DNA of 63,954 nt, filler included, from Trypethelium eluteriae (lineage: Eukaryota): assembly GCA_051942245.1 (NCBI GenBank). It is 3 parts of 3 records of this genome, joined end to end, with 100 filler letters (N's around TTAATTAATTAA, not from the genome) between each part and the next. Parts side by side here need not be neighbours in the genome. Positions count along the whole stretch, not along the records: positions 42,843 to 63,954 come from JAVECL010000478.1; 2 more parts are not named here. The stretch is one strand, 5' to 3'. Below, in pieces: positions 61,435-63,954 of the stretch. Position numbers and translations under genes: made by a program. The stretch's first letter is position 1, and the number at the start of each line of letters is the position of its first letter. Below the pieces are notes generated by a model, which made no database searches, was not told where the DNA came from, and worked only from the letters and a program-made list of their open reading frames with translations.

Positions 61435-63954
61435 TCATACTGCAAGATGGATGGATGATACCCCGGAGCTCCCAATGTCATTGCGAAGACATCTCACGTA
61501 AGGAAGGAAAGGCAGGCTACGGCGTCGAAGTATTAGACATCCACACCATTAGATTAAGATATTCTTTGCTTATGGCATTCACCAACTGTCTATCAGTAAA
61601 TCCCTCGAGCCTGACACTAGCATCAATGTAGCCTTGCTGATTGCTTCTGGCCGGCAGGAGGAAGGCGAAGGGCAAGATAGCCATAGCAAATGAAGTAGTC
61701 CAATGAAGCGTAGTCCACATATTTTGTCCGTCGCGGACTGAGAGCAATGAGCGTAGAGAAAGCAGATGTAGGAGACACATTGCGTGATTGGATATTAATA
61801 CGTCTTGCATTCTCTTTGCAGAGGTCGGACTTCACAGCGCTGTTGGTCTCTTGCTCTGGTGTTGGAGCGTGTAAGGTTAAGGTAGGTAGAGCCGGGTGTC
61901 TTAGTAACCGTCAGATACAGGGACCATAGTATAGGGAAATTCTTTGACGAATTCAACATCAAGCAATGAGCTGTCAAAAAGCACACTTAGGTGAGTGATA
62001 TCAATCTGGGGGATATCTCTCCCTCAGAGACTTCGGAGGATTCTACAAGGGAACATCGGCAATACGGAAGAACCAAATACCACCCTGTTACGATCCTGTA
62101 CCTTTCTCTTCGCTTCGTTTTCAATGGTTAAAATTCCCGGCATGAATGGCACGGTTCATATCACTTGAATTTGAAGCACACCGGAAAATGCAACTCGGCC
62201 ATTGGCGGCACTGGATACAGTGTTTGTTGCTATCAAGTCACCTTTGCGGTAGAGGTCGATACCAGACCGAAGACAAACCTCTGCTACTATTGGCAACGGA
62301 ATACCCACAGGACCTGGGGCAGACTAAGTCCAGCTTCCTCTTGAAAGTGGTTCAAGAAAGACGAACGTTCCCTGTTCTATGGGATTGATGTAGCATCAAT
62401 AGCACAAAGGCAAGTAAACTCTTCACCTACACAGTTCTAGGAGACACCGCAGGAAGAGAATGCTCTCCGGCGTAAGATACGGCGAGAGGATGTCAAAGAT
62501 GAGTATTCGGAAATAAGAGAATAGGCACTCATCTGAAGATGGTTACGAAAAGAGTAGGTTATTGAATGTTCCGAGATCCCCGAACGAGAGCAATTCGTTA
62601 CTAGGATCTTGTCAAGGAAGCTCGCTTTCGCAATAAGTTGGTCTTTCTTCTTGCTGTAGACATGGCGACGCTGCGGAGAAATATCCTCATTCTGCTAGCC
62701 AAAACGTTGTCAGAGGTCTCCTGTCTGATCAGCACTCTAAAGAGAGATCGTCGGATAGAAATCTCTCGGCATGTTGCGTATACCTCTCTTCGCGGCAAGC
62801 TCGCTCGCCTATGTCCCTTCCCGCAACACTGATCCAACAGTAGCTCACATACGAAGAGTATTCCCGTATTTTTGCAACATGCCCATCCTTGTCGACGCCA
62901 ATGAGACATCCATGACAACAAGTCGCACACTCTCATTGCCATTTAATGCGTTTCTTCTTTCGCCAATGGGCTGGAGCCAACGACTGCTTTGTATCCATTA
63001 GACTTCCGCGCAAACTATCTCCACGAGCCTATGAGCGGAGCGCGAAAATCTGTCGAGTTGCGCTATCGACCACCGCCTGCATCTGAACATCGACCTCGCT
63101 AAGGACCGCGGCTAGGGAACATAAGCCAGACGCTGTTTGGCAGGCCGAAACGCCCACGTCTTATTGCTTTGACACCAAACTCTTGATGGCGATGTGTTTG
63201 CTTAGGGTTCAAAGCGGACAAGCTCGATATTTTACGGCATATATTCTCGCAAGAAAGTGCAAACACAAGCGTAAGTGCCGTGTAATCGACTGCAATGAGA
63301 CTTAACTTCGACATCATGCCGGTCACCTTAGTGGTAAGGCTGCGTTGAGGAGAACATGTGGCTTCAGTGCATGCTGTGGCTCCGTGATGTCCATCCAAAT
63401 ACGATCCAACTACAAATGGCATCAGAAAGGAAGTACTCTAAATGGAAACAAGGGTAGGAAGCATGGGTCCAAGGAGGAACCATTTGGGGGCAATGCACTT
63501 GACCCTCAACACATTCCAATTCGAGACCTACTCACGATCATCTTGTTTGTACTGCAGTCGCGACTCGCGAAGCTAGAAGACTACGGGTTAGGTGGTCAAT
63601 GGTGCCTCCCACGGGCATTAGTCAGTGAGTCGTCACTCGCCAACGTTTACGAACTTACGAAGTATGCATGCGGCATCTCACGTCGTGCATAGACGAATGA
63701 GAGAGCGGCCTAGGTATCATGTCGCGGGCTTGGCACTGAGCGCTATCCTCAACACCAGAACTTGGTTCGGAAGTGGTGCCTTTGGGCAGTGCTGTGACGG
63801 ATGGTGTTGATGGACTGAGACTGCAGGAGAAGTGGTACGGAGTAGGTACCTTGGGGTGTTAGGTAGCTCCGACGGAAGGAACGAAGGGAAGCACCGAAGG
63901 GACTTGAGCTCGATGTGGCAGTGACGGATGCGACCCGGGGAATTCGGGAAACCA

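Noticed and set aside
61517..63954. Several short ORFs at the window end
   Set aside because: No recognisable motifs or consistent exon chain; treated as intergenic, though a small or decayed gene cannot be excluded
1..63954. tRNA, rRNA or intact transposon genes
   Set aside because: No cloverleaf with A/B boxes, rRNA-like segment, or transposase/RT motifs recognised by eye; tRNAscan-SE, Infernal and RepeatMasker would be needed to exclude them

Overview
Eukaryotic DNA from a filamentous ascomycete (Pezizomycotina-type). The evidence is short (~50-90 nt) spliceosomal introns with CTAAC/CTGAC branch sites and a gene-dense layout. About 22 protein-coding genes can be modelled by hand. Recognisable ones: a 4-coumarate-CoA-ligase-like enzyme, Cwc15, Rrp45, a CAP/PR-1 protein, a 2OG-Fe(II) oxygenase, a Red1/ZFC3H1-like zinc-finger protein, class II myosin, a secreted alpha/beta hydrolase, an F-box protein, an MFS sugar porter, a DnaJ protein, EMC2, AP-3 delta adaptin, an Ina17-like protein, Rrn10, a CSA/Rad28-like WD40 protein and a TPR-SET/MYND protein. 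Two 100-bp scaffold gaps contain an artificial TTAATTAATTAA linker. Most of the window is ordinary housekeeping DNA, and I found no convincing novel multi-gene system. The most interesting observations: a likely catalytically dead SET/MYND protein; an uncharacterised protein with a possible transglutaminase-like Cys-His-Asp triad; two GC-AG introns; a start codon split by an intron; a RIP-like mutated 122-bp duplication; a decayed ankyrin-like gene; a recurring intergenic TACTCCGTAC motif; and a repeated C-rich to G-rich skew flip near the 3' ends of many CDSs. Family names come from remembered motifs, not database searches.
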